From NCBI GenBank assembly GCA_963705305.1, contig OY970067.1:480001-544000 (forward strand): DNA of 64,000 nt, in the 5' to 3' direction. Origin of the DNA: an uncultured Methylomirabilota bacterium. GTDB taxonomy: Bacteria > Methylomirabilota > Methylomirabilia > Methylomirabilales > 2-02-FULL-66-22. Shown piece by piece: positions 30,862-39,624 of the stretch. The position numbers and the translations under genes are program-made. The first letter of the stretch is position 1. The number at the start of each line of letters is the position of its first letter. Below the pieces are notes generated by a model. The model ran no database searches, was not told where the DNA came from, and saw nothing but the letters and a program-made list of their open reading frames with translations.

Positions 30862-31245
30862 GTGGCGATCAAAAGCACGGCAAGCCAAGGTTTACCGACC
30901 AACTCTCAAGCCGAGAAGTATGCGCTCCTTTATCCACTTCTAAAATCTGCTCTCTTTGAGATCAAGGAACTGTCCAAGAAGAAACAGGATGACCCCCTGA
31001 ATAAGCTGAAGGTAGGAAAGGTTAACAAGATTCTCTCCCAGATTAAGACAGACGTGCTTAACGATGATCCTTCTCGGGTGTTCCTTGATCTTTTGGACGA
31101 CGAAACCTTACCAACGAATAGCGATGCGGTTCTGATAATCGCGCAATACGAGGCAGCAATGGCGCAATTTCATGCGAAACACTACGGGTGGGATGGAACC
31201 AAGGAAAGATGGTTCACAAAAGAGAATCCTGGTTTTGAAAGTTGA
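30862..31245 (+). CDS. Hypothetical helical protein, paralogue B
   Basis: GGAGG RBS; EIKELSKKKQDD.LNKLK...PTNSDA.LIIAQY. Confidence 0.75.
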   Translation: MAIKSTASQGLPTNSQAEKYALLYPLLKSALFEIKELSKKKQDDPLNKLKVGKVNKILSQIKTDVLNDDPSRVFLDLLDDETLPTNSDAVLIIAQYEAAMAQFHAKHYGWDGTKERWFTKENPGFES

Positions 31246-31326
31246 ACCCTTTAATACACTCGCGGGTGCCTCAGGCGTTTGATTTCATATGAGCGATACG
31301 CCATCCTTCCAGGACCCATATTTGCT

Positions 31327-31430
31327 CTAGCCGTTCCACAAAGGTGTTGAAGGTCTGATTATCAATAGGTGCGGCTGCCCAGTCAATATCGTATGTTACG
31401 GTGCTTTCATACGATGGTGGTGCTGAAGAA
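31327..31430. mobile_element. Truncated copy of the 201-bp MITE family
   Basis: CTAGCCGTTCCACAAAGGTGTTGAAG; ~100 bp colinear with 51996 onward. Confidence 0.75.
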
Positions 31431-32380
31431 AGCCAAGAGCCGGAGTAAAGGGCAGAGGAAAAACGGCCCTAGGCTCCAACAGGTATCAGGGCGCTGCCAC
31501 GGAAACCACCCCTCGGTTGTTTACGCCCGTTTTGGCAGGGACGGTTGTTTCCGACGCACCGCCAGCCCCCTTCGGCTGAATTTCGTTCCCGCCCGACCCC
31601 TTTAGGGGCGGGGCGGAAAATCCGAAAATCGCCGCTCATGGTTCCGGACCCGGCCCCCCCCTCCGTATTCTTGCCAAAGTCTCCCATGCAGAGGCCCTCG
31701 GCCTGACCGGTCACCTCTTAGTGGGCGTCATCGGCACCGCATCCCTCCTGTATCGGCAGCCCCCTGTTGCTCCGGCGGGGGCGATTGCGATTGACAGCCC
31801 GTGCACGCGGATTATCCCGTCCCACCGCTGCAGTTTCGGAGGTGTCAGCCCGCCGGCCGGAGATTCGCCGCACGACGTTGGCTCAGGCTGCCCGATCGGC
31901 GCCCGGCCCTGGTCTGCAGTACCCCCAATTCTCGGACCGGACCTCCCTCCTCCCTGGTCGTGTATCCGTAGCCCCCCCGTGTTACTGGAACGGGGGGCGT
32001 TTCCGATTGACACCGCCCAAGACCTTCGATACAGTCCTCTAAACTATCTCCTCGCCTTTGATTCTGCGATTCAGGCAGTATTGGCCAGCAATACATATGA
32101 GGGCATATCGAGATGTTTTACCACGCTATCCTGAGCCTGAGTTACGGTCCAGCAAAACACTATTGGTGGAACATGTCTAGAGACCACGTTATTACCGACC
32201 TGCTCACCCCCTTCGTGAATGGTCAAATCGTATATGTCAATTACCAGAATGGTCACGCCCTCCTCAATATGAAGGACGCGAACCTGGGCTAACGACCAGA
32301 TCATGAGCAAAAGTCCGTGAGGAAAATGGGTGACACTCCGACACCGAGGTTCCCCGGGGGAACCGAAAGGAGTGTGACCC

Positions 32381-34267
32381 ATGGAGAGGATCGGCAAGGC
32401 AGGAGGGAGGCGGAAGCAGAGCCGGGGGCCGCGGAAGGCAACGCGGCGGGCGGGTGGGGCGCACCCCCACGTCCACCCGTTCGAGGTCCGGCGCAAAGCG
32501 GTGCAGCTCTGCCTGGAGGAAGGGTTCCCCCCCAAGCAGGTCGCCCGCGAACTCGGCGTCGGCTTCAGTACGCTCGGGGCGTGGGTGCGCCGGTATCGCG
32601 CCGAGGGGGAAGCGGGCCTGCAGGCGAAGCCGACACGGCCGCACCGGCAGCGCCCGAAAGTGGCCCCGGCGGTGAAGGCGGAGGTCGTCGCCCTCAAGCG
32701 GCGCCACCCCGAGGCGGGGATCCAGAAGATCAGCCAGTTCCTGCGGCGCGTGCTGTGCCTGCCGGTGAGCCGGGAGACGGTGCGCCGCACCCTGCACGCG
32801 CACCAGCTCCTCAAGAAGCCACGCCCCAAACCCCAGCGGAACCCGGCCCGACCGCGCTTCTTCGAGCGCGCCACGCCGAACCAGCTCTGGCAGACCGACA
32901 TCTTCACCTTCCGCCTGGGCGGCAAGAACGCTTACCTGATCGGCTTCCTCGACGACCACTCCCGCTACGTGGTGGGGCTGGACGTCTTCCGCAGCCAGAC
33001 GGCGGAGCACGTCCTGGAAGTGTACCGCCGGGCGGTGGCGGAGTACGGGGTCCCCAAGGAGCTGCTCTCCGACCAGGGCCGGCAGTTCTCCAGCTGGCGC
33101 GGGACCACCCGGTTCGAGGCGGAGCTCCGGAAGGATCGGGTGCACCACATCAAGAGCCGCCCGCACCACCCCATGACCCTGGGCAAGCTGGAGCGCTTCT
33201 GGAAGACGATCTGGGAGGAGTTCCTGGCGCGCGCCCAGTTCGAGAGCTTCGAGGCGGCCGGCGAGCGGATCCGGCTCTGGGGGACGCACGACAACCACCG
33301 GCGGCCCCACCAGGCCCTGGAGGGGCTCTGCCCGGCGGATCGCTTCTTCGGCATCGCCCAGGAGCTCCGGCAGGTGATCGAGCGGGGCATCCAGGAGAAC
33401 GTGCTCGAGCTCGCGCTCCGCGGGCAGCCCCAGAGCCCCTTCTACATGGTGGGCCGGCTGGGCGAGCAGTCGGTGGTGATCCGGGCGGAGAAGGGCCGCG
33501 TGAAGATGCTCGTCGATGGCGAGGAATCGCGACCACAGCAGGAGGTGACCTACGACCTGGAAGGAGGGGCCCGTGAGCACGGAAATCCCAGCCAAACCGG
33601 ACCCGCTGCGATACAATGCCCAGCAGCGCGTGCAGGCGGTGCTGTCGCTCTGGACCGAGCGGCGGCGCCCGGGGGAGGTCTGCCAGGAGCTGGCGATCAG
33701 CCCGAAGGTGCTCGCCCAGTGGGAACAGCGGGCGCTAGCAGCGATGCTCCAGGCGCTGGCGGCGCCGACGCGCCGCGACCCGGGCCCCGCGCTGAGCCCG
33801 AAGCTGGAGCGCCTGCTCGCGCGGCAAGCCCTGCAGCAGCAGAGCCGCCTGGCCCGACTGGAGCAGCGGCTCACCAAGCTCCAGGAATCGAAAGCCCCAC
33901 CGCCGCCCACCAAGTAGAGAAGGCCCGCGGGGCGGGAGGACGCGATGCGCGAGCCGACGGCCAGTCCCCACCAGCAAGCCCTGGCCCGGCAACGGGCGCA
34001 GCTGATCATGCAGGCGCGGAGCGGGGTGGTGAGTGCCCAGGAAGCCGCCCGGCAGCTGGGGGTCTCCCGCAAGACGGACTCCAAGTGGGAGCGCCGGGCC
34101 CTGGCGGCGATGGTCGCGGCCCTGGGCAACCGGGGCCAGGGGCGGTCGGCGCAGCCGCACGACCTGGAGAAGGCGGCCCTCCGACGCCAGACCCAGGAGC
34201 TGCAGGCCCAGCTCACCGTCCTGCAGCAGACGGAGCGGCTCCGGCAGGTGCTCGCGCAGCCGGATAA
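32381..34267 (+). CDS. IS481-family DDE transposase with long low-complexity tail
   Basis: HTH, PNQLWQTD, DDHSRY, SDQGRQF, GKLERF, HRRPHQAL. Confidence 0.85.
   Translation: MERIGKAGGRRKQSRGPRKATRRAGGAHPHVHPFEVRRKAVQLCLEEGFPPKQVARELGVGFSTLGAWVRRYRAEGEAGLQAKPTRPHRQRPKVAPAVKAEVVALKRRHPEAGIQKISQFLRRVLCLPVSRETVRRTLHAHQLLKKPRPKPQRNPARPRFFERATPNQLWQTDIFTFRLGGKNAYLIGFLDDHSRYVVGLDVFRSQTAEHVLEVYRRAVAEYGVPKELLSDQGRQFSSWRGTTRFEAELRKDRVHHIKSRPHHPMTLGKLERFWKTIWEEFLARAQFESFEAAGERIRLWGTHDNHRRPHQALEGLCPADRFFGIAQELRQVIERGIQENVLELALRGQPQSPFYMVGRLGEQSVVIRAEKGRVKMLVDGEESRPQQEVTYDLEGGAREHGNPSQTGPAAIQCPAARAGGAVALDRAAAPGGGLPGAGDQPEGARPVGTAGASSDAPGAGGADAPRPGPRAEPEAGAPARAASPAAAEPPGPTGAAAHQAPGIESPTAAHQVEKARGAGGRDARADGQSPPASPGPATGAADHAGAERGGECPGSRPAAGGLPQDGLQVGAPGPGGDGRGPGQPGPGAVGAAARPGEGGPPTPDPGAAGPAHRPAADGAAPAGARAAG
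33573..33917 (+). CDS. Small HTH/coiled-coil accessory protein
   Basis: AAGGAGG RBS; EVCQELAISPKVLAQWEQRAL. Confidence 0.65.
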   Translation: MSTEIPAKPDPLRYNAQQRVQAVLSLWTERRRPGEVCQELAISPKVLAQWEQRALAAMLQALAAPTRRDPGPALSPKLERLLARQALQQQSRLARLEQRLTKLQESKAPPPPTK

Positions 34268-34280
34268 AAAAAACCCCTGA
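33945..34280 (+). CDS. Small HTH/coiled-coil protein (OrfA-like)
   Basis: GGAGG RBS; SAQEAARQLGVSRKT..KWERR; ends in an A8 run. Confidence 0.7.
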   Translation: MREPTASPHQQALARQRAQLIMQARSGVVSAQEAARQLGVSRKTDSKWERRALAAMVAALGNRGQGRSAQPHDLEKAALRRQTQELQAQLTVLQQTERLRQVLAQPDKKNP

Positions 34281-34290
34281 GGTGGCCGCG

Positions 34291-35355
34291 ATGCTGATCC
34301 CGACCTTCACCCAGCTGAAGCACGACGTGCGCTGGCCCTACGAGCGCCTCTGCCGGGTCCTGGGGGTGCCCTATAGGACCTTCCGGCGGTGGAAGCAGCG
34401 CCTGGAGCGCGGCCAGCCCGCCCGGCTCCGGCCAGGGCCCAAGAAGGTGGCCCCCCTGACCCTCGAGGAGCTGCGCGGGGAGGTAGCCCGCCTGCACCAC
34501 GGCCGCCGGCGCAGCCGAGGCGTCGGGGCGGTGTACCGGCAGTTCCACCCGCAGGTCTCCCGCCGCACGCTGCAGGCGCTGACCGCGACGCTGCGGCGGC
34601 AGCGGGCCCAGCAGCGCCAGGCCGCCTGCCGCCACATCACCTGGCACGTACCCGGCTTGGTCTGGTCCCTGGACGACGCGGAACTGGCGCGAGGGAGTTC
34701 GCCTCTCCTGCGCCTCCAGCAGGTGCAGGATCTCGCCTCGCGCTACAAGTTCCCCCCCTGGGTGGGGGAGCGGATCTTAGGAGAGACCGTGGCGCTTCGC
34801 CTGGAACAGCTCTTCGTGCAGCATGGCCCGCCGCTCGTGCTCAAGCGGGACAACGGGGGCAATCTCAATCAGCACGCGGTCGAGGAGGTGCTGGCCCGGT
34901 ACGGGGTCCTGCCACTCAACTCGCCCCCGCATTATCCGCCCGACACCGGCGGGATGGAACGCGCGGTGCGGGAACTCAAGACGCCGCTGGTGGCGAAGCT
35001 CCGCGCCAGCGGTCCGATCCCGGAGTCCCAAGTGCAGAGCTGGGCGGCCCTCTTGGCGCATGACCTGAACCATCGCCGCCGTCGCTCTCTCCAGGGGGAC
35101 GTGGCCTGCCGGGTGTTTCAGGATGCCAGGCCAGCCCTGAAGGCGTATACTCGCCGCAAGCGACGGGAGGTCTTCGAGGAGATCAATGCCCTGACCCGGA
35201 CGCTCATGGAGGCCCAGACGGATTGCACCCCCCGTCACGCCGGAACGGCCCGGCGGCTGGCGGTGGAAGCCTGGTTACAAAAACACGGGGTCATAAGCAT
35301 CACTCAGAACCACAGAGTGTTACCCATTTCCCTCAAAGAAATCGCTCATAATTAG
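34291..35355 (+). CDS. Second integrase-core (rve) transposase
   Basis: VWSLDD, QDLASRY, LKRDNG.N, NSPP..P...GGMER. Confidence 0.8.
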   Translation: MLIPTFTQLKHDVRWPYERLCRVLGVPYRTFRRWKQRLERGQPARLRPGPKKVAPLTLEELRGEVARLHHGRRRSRGVGAVYRQFHPQVSRRTLQALTATLRRQRAQQRQAACRHITWHVPGLVWSLDDAELARGSSPLLRLQQVQDLASRYKFPPWVGERILGETVALRLEQLFVQHGPPLVLKRDNGGNLNQHAVEEVLARYGVLPLNSPPHYPPDTGGMERAVRELKTPLVAKLRASGPIPESQVQSWAALLAHDLNHRRRRSLQGDVACRVFQDARPALKAYTRRKRREVFEEINALTRTLMEAQTDCTPRHAGTARRLAVEAWLQKHGVISITQNHRVLPISLKEIAHN

Positions 35356-35367
35356 GTTGGCCCCACA

Positions 35368-35651
35368 ATCTTAACAAGGCCCGTCCCGTCAGCTATTGGC
35401 TTCAGCGCCGACCAGACAGTTTGCCCATCGTCAGCGTCCGATTTGTCTAAGAGAGAGTCAAGTGTAACATCGTCCAGAAGATAAGCCGTCACATTACACT
35501 GTGGATCGGAATCCACCAATAAGACTTTGTATCCAAGATCGCCAAGGGCGAACGTAAGATTAATCGTTAATGTCGTCTTACCGACACCGCCCTTATGGTT
35601 GTAAACGGTAATTCGCTTGGCGTGGTGGCGGCTCGTCTGATTCGTCTTCAT
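35368..35651 (-). pseudogene. ParA/Soj-family ATPase truncated by the IS
   Basis: NHKGGVGKTT, VLLVDSDPQCN. Confidence 0.85.
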
Positions 35652-35655
35652 TGGG

Positions 35656-36231
35656 CTAATCTTTTGCCTCTGGGGTGGGCGTCTTTTTTGATGCACGTCG
35701 AGGACGTGCCTTTGCCATAGCAGCTTTCGCCGCCTGGCGGTCAGGCAACGCCTGTACAAAACGTTCGCCTGCCGCGCTCAACTGCTTCTTTCCTTGAGGG
35801 GCTGGCACGAGGTAACCACTCTGCATCGCGTTATTCACAGCGTAAGCCGCGTTAGAAAACTTCATCTGGGCTGCTTCGGTGTTGAGCTTGCTTATGTCGA
35901 CAGTCTCAAAGTGTGGCATGCCTTTATAGTGCGTGAGGTAGTAGCTGAGGCATGCTACCTTCTCGACATCAGACGAGGGTTGCTTATCGAGAAGAAAGTC
36001 TTTGGGGGATATTGACCGATCGGCAGAGAAGCTATCCGGGCCAATAGGGGTGGGTTGCTCGATTGTCGAAAGTCTCAGGGGTGCAGGCGCAGTGAGGGGA
36101 ATGCCTAGGAAGGCAGCAACTGCTGCCAATATTCGCTCTTGATTTGGCCGGTCTAGCTTGCGTAAATATGACAGAATACTGGTAAGAACTTCAAGGTCGT
36201 CTGGGGACATCTGGGCACTGTCTGTCGACAT
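35656..36231 (-). CDS. Hypothetical protein with putative C-terminal winged helix
   Basis: GAGG RBS; VACLSYYL...GYLVPAPQGKKQLSAAGERFV; coupled to ParA. Confidence 0.7.
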   Translation of the reverse strand: MSTDSAQMSPDDLEVLTSILSYLRKLDRPNQERILAAVAAFLGIPLTAPAPLRLSTIEQPTPIGPDSFSADRSISPKDFLLDKQPSSDVEKVACLSYYLTHYKGMPHFETVDISKLNTEAAQMKFSNAAYAVNNAMQSGYLVPAPQGKKQLSAAGERFVQALPDRQAAKAAMAKARPRRASKKTPTPEAKD

Positions 36232-36718
36232 GCTTCTCACCTCAGCCGTAAGACGGCACGTCTGTTTGGGAGGACGCCATGGCAAAAAGAAAGGGAAATT
36301 ATTATGGATTTTCCCCCCACGGACGGTTCGAGGAGAGCCTAAGACGTTCTGGAGCGTACTTCAAGGCACGCGAGAAAGTCAAGGAAGATTCGGTGACCGA
36401 AATTCTTGAATCCACTCCCTCGCGCTGCCGCAACTCCCTGTTGGTAACTCCGGTCGTAATGCGGGACGTTGCCAACTTCGTCAACTTGTGGCGGTAACGA
36501 CAACCCCGCACCCACCACTCCCTCACCCTTCGGGGGCATCGCCCCCCAAGAACACAAGAGCCCTCGGGGATCCGGAGATCCACCGGGGGCCGTCAGGTTC
36601 ACACGCCAGGAGCTTTCCGGTCGGCATCTTCGCCTCCTTCAGGCCGCCTAGCTGGGCATCGAGATTATTCGCGCAAGACCCTACGTCTCATCAGGGGGTC
36701 TAGTCAAGATGAAATGAG

Positions 36719-36749
36719 CGGGGACGGGGGAGAGACTCGAACCCTCATG
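36719..36749 (-). repeat. Degenerate second copy of the tRNA-Leu 3' end (older att relic)
   Basis: 26/31 identity to 36863-36893. Confidence 0.7.
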
Positions 36750-36862
36750 AATGCGGGCCGTCCTTGAAGTCGCAGAAGAATTGACACAGTTCTAGCACAA
36801 TCGGGCAGTTTCGCAGGTCTGGACAAGACTGGCAGAAAGCAGATAACATATTGAATCTAATG

Positions 36863-36917
36863 TGGTGCCGGGGGAGGGAGTCGAACCCTCATGGGGCAAG
36901 CCCCGCGGGATTTTGAG
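36863..36917 (-). other. att site: 3' half of tRNA-Leu(CAA), anticodon loop to CCA
   Basis: Minus strand CTCAAAA-TCCCG-long variable arm-GAGGGTTCGACTCCCTC-CCCCGGCACCA; 5' half absent; abuts the integrase stop. Confidence 0.85.
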
Positions 36918-36922
36918 GATCG

Positions 36923-37966
36923 TCAACTTCCCACATTTTCCGACACCTTACATTGGTATTGTACCACTCTTGTACCGAATCCTTCCATCCTTTCGAGCTG
37001 CTTCCGCTGATAGTCGGGATGGAGGTGCGCATAGAGCTTTGTCACGGTCGGTGAGGTGTGGCCCATGCAGCGGGCAATCACCTCCAAGTCCACACCCGAC
37101 ATCGCGGCGTAGGAGCCGAAGGTGTGGCGGAGTCTGTGGAAGGTGTAGCGCGGGATGCCGGCCCACTTGCAGCGCCACTGGAGACGGTCCAAGAGCGCGT
37201 GGCGACTGGTCGCCCACCAGAAGACCTTTTCAGGGGCGAAGGTGGCCCTCGGAATCTCCTGAAGTGCCACGCGGGCATTTTTGAGAAGGGGCACGATTCG
37301 CTGCTTCCGCCCCTTGCCCCGCTTGACCAGAACGTACCCGTCGCGCAGATTGACATCCTCCCATTTGAGGCTGATGACTTCCGTGATGCGGAGGCCCGTC
37401 CAGACGGCAAACCGGAAGATGGGCCTGTCGCGCCCCGAGACCTTCAGGAGCTTCTCGAACTCCTCGAACGGGATGAAGGCCGCCGGGTCGTCCTGCTTCA
37501 CCGGGAGGGACGGCCGCTCGACCTCCTTCGCCGGGTTCGCGGCCAGGTACCGGAGCTTCACCGCCCACTTCAGGCAGTCGTGGATGGCGGCCAGGTCCTG
37601 CCGGACCGTGGAGGGCTTGATGCCCGCCTTCAGCCTCGAATCGCGGTACGCCTCAATGACCTCGGCGGTGGGTAGCCGCTCGAACGGCATCAGCTTGAGG
37701 GCTCGCATCACCCGCTCGCGGTAGCTGTCGGTGCGCCAGGGCTTCTTCGCCTCATAGATCTCCTGGAACTCCTTGAACGAGGCGTCGAGCAGGACGCCGT
37801 ACTCCTTGGCGTAGCGCTCGCGGATCACCTTATCGCGGAAGAACTCGGCCTCCTGCTTGGTCCTGAACTGCTTCTGGTGGCGCCGGCCCGTCGGATCGGT
37901 CCAGTCCACACGCCAGGCCGTCCGGCGCTCACCCCTCCATTTCCAGGTGCGTTTCCACAGGTTCAT
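36923..37966 (-). CDS. Tyrosine integrase
   Basis: TGLRITE (R), GKGRK (K), HRLRH, MGH, LYAH (Y); N-terminal arm-binding-like region. Confidence 0.93.
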   Translation of the reverse strand: MNLWKRTWKWRGERRTAWRVDWTDPTGRRHQKQFRTKQEAEFFRDKVIRERYAKEYGVLLDASFKEFQEIYEAKKPWRTDSYRERVMRALKLMPFERLPTAEVIEAYRDSRLKAGIKPSTVRQDLAAIHDCLKWAVKLRYLAANPAKEVERPSLPVKQDDPAAFIPFEEFEKLLKVSGRDRPIFRFAVWTGLRITEVISLKWEDVNLRDGYVLVKRGKGRKQRIVPLLKNARVALQEIPRATFAPEKVFWWATSRHALLDRLQWRCKWAGIPRYTFHRLRHTFGSYAAMSGVDLEVIARCMGHTSPTVTKLYAHLHPDYQRKQLERMEGFGTRVVQYQCKVSENVGS

Positions 37967-38028
37967 GTCGGATCACCTCCTTTCGTCTCGTCTCGCCTTC
38001 CAGTCTGGCTGTCCCTGGCGGACGGTCC

Positions 38029-38463
38029 CTACGATTTGCGCTTCTCGCCTCGCCGGAGGATCGCGAGAAAGGCGGATGGACGGACAACCTGGACCCCTCC
38101 GTACGCCTTCACCGCCAGGAGATCTCTGTCGCCGGATACCACGTACTGCGCCCGCCCCTCGATTGCCGCCGCGAGGAACTTGTCATCGGCAGGATCACGG
38201 CTCACCTTCAGAGTCGTGTCTCCCCGAACGAGGATGCTTTCCTCACCGAGGGCTTCAAGGAGCGAGACGATCTCCTCCTCGGACATCCAGCGGAACTTCT
38301 GAAGCTTCTCATAGAGAAGCACCCGCCCGATCTCTTCCAAGATCGGCGGCGAGAGCACCAACTCGAAAGTGCCGCGCTGCCAGGCCCGGAGGAGGCGACC
38401 TTCGTTACCGCCGCGAATGAGCGTGGCCGAGACGACCACATTGGTATCGAGGACCACCCTCAT
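38029..38463 (-). CDS. PIN-domain toxin
   Basis: VVLDTNVVVS, RDPADDKFL, VSGDRDLL. Confidence 0.9.
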   Translation of the reverse strand: MRVVLDTNVVVSATLIRGGNEGRLLRAWQRGTFELVLSPPILEEIGRVLLYEKLQKFRWMSEEEIVSLLEALGEESILVRGDTTLKVSRDPADDKFLAAAIEGRAQYVVSGDRDLLAVKAYGGVQVVRPSAFLAILRRGEKRKS

Positions 38464-38747
38464 GCTTTGACCGGGGGCGTTGCGCGGCGGGCCGCCGCCA
38501 CGGCCTCGCGGACGAGCCGCCGGATCTCAAGCGACGGGACCCCCCGAGTGCGCGCCTGGACGCGGTCCAGGAGGGCCGCGAGCTGCTCCCGCGTGGCTTG
38601 GCGTCGGACCTCACTCGTGTCGATATACAGGCGCAGGGCTTCCCGAACCAGTTCCGACTTGGTCCGATTCTCCTGCACCGCGACGCGCTCCGCGCTCTTG
38701 AGGAGCTGGGGCGGCACTGAAATTGTCATCAGTTTTCGTAGGGCCAT
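38460..38747 (-). CDS. RHH/CopG antitoxin
   Basis: MTISVP...RTKSELVREALR; 4-bp overlap with the toxin. Confidence 0.85.
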   Translation of the reverse strand: MALRKLMTISVPPQLLKSAERVAVQENRTKSELVREALRLYIDTSEVRRQATREQLAALLDRVQARTRGVPSLEIRRLVREAVAAARRATPPVKA

Positions 38748-38767
38748 GCGGTCTCCCCCTCTCTTCT

Positions 38768-38814
38768 TGTAATACATTGTATGAACATCTTACCGCCGGC
38801 GCATAGGCATGTCA
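38768..38814 (-). promoter_or_regulatory. Sigma70 promoter and operator of the RHH-PIN module
   Basis: Minus strand TTGACA-17 bp-TAAGAT; palindrome TGTAATACA downstream. Confidence 0.6.
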
Positions 38815-38920
38815 AGAGGGCTCCATGACTTCCTTTCGCTGATTCCGCCTTCGCGAGATTTCGTCATCGGGCTTCAAAGGCGGCTCAGGCCGGAGCCCGA
38901 AGACCCCGGCCTGAGTGGTC

Positions 38921-39154
38921 CTAGCGGAGGAAGGGAGACCTCGTGCCGATCGCGCCGGTCCCGGCCATCTGCCGCTTCACCCAGGCCTCGACATCGGCCA
39001 GGTTGAAGCGGTACCGCCGGCCGATCCGGAGGTACGGCAGGCCTTTGAGCTTTCCGGCCTTGAGGAGTTCCCAAAGGCGGTTGCCCGGCCTGCGACCACT
39101 GGAGGTAATTCCGAGAAACTCCGCCACCTCCGCCAGCCCAACGAGTTGGCCCAT
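38921..39154 (-). CDS. Excisionase-like HTH protein
   Basis: LAEVAEFLG...LPYLRIGRRYRFNLADVEAW; GGAGG RBS. Confidence 0.85.
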   Translation of the reverse strand: MGQLVGLAEVAEFLGITSSGRRPGNRLWELLKAGKLKGLPYLRIGRRYRFNLADVEAWVKRQMAGTGAIGTRSPFLR

Positions 39155-39624
39155 GGCCACCTCCGTCGCCGGAGGCGAACTCAGGGTCAACTGCGGCCCC
39201 GCCGCAGCCATCTCTCGGTGAGCGGTGCCGGCGAGACCAGAGTCAGGGGAGCCGCCGGATATCCGGCGGGTGTCCCCGACTCACATCCCAGATACTACTG
39301 GGGAAGAAGGGAGTCAAGGGAAAAGCGACTGACTTTCAGCGTTCGTCGGGGTTGGTTGGAGTGAATGTCAAACGACGAATGAGAGGCATCTTTGACGGGA
39401 CAGCGACCGAGCACGATTATCCACCTGATCAGATACGCACTACACTTTCTCGTACACCTGAGCGACTGCTTTCAGGAGGTTAGGCTTACCTGAGTGAAAG
39501 GATATGCCTGCAACGGAGAATCGCTCGTTGGCCAGCGAGGACAGCGCCCAGTGGCTTCACCCGACCACACTTGCTCGGACAAACCACCCGAGACACTCCT
39601 AATCTTGGAAACTATGCAGGGTCT

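Larger units (their letters stand above)
32285..35367 (+). mobile_element. 3.08 kb IS481-like element with four ORFs and imperfect TG...CA TIRs
   Basis: Left end TGGGCTAACGACCAGATCATGAGC..GAGGAAAATGGGTGACACTC; right end (rc) TGTGGGGCCAACCTAATTATGAGC..GAGGGAAATGGGTAACACTC; no TSD seen. Confidence 0.8.

Noticed and set aside
36863..36917. Functional tRNA-Leu gene
   Set aside because: D arm and 5' acceptor strand are absent; treated as an att duplicate
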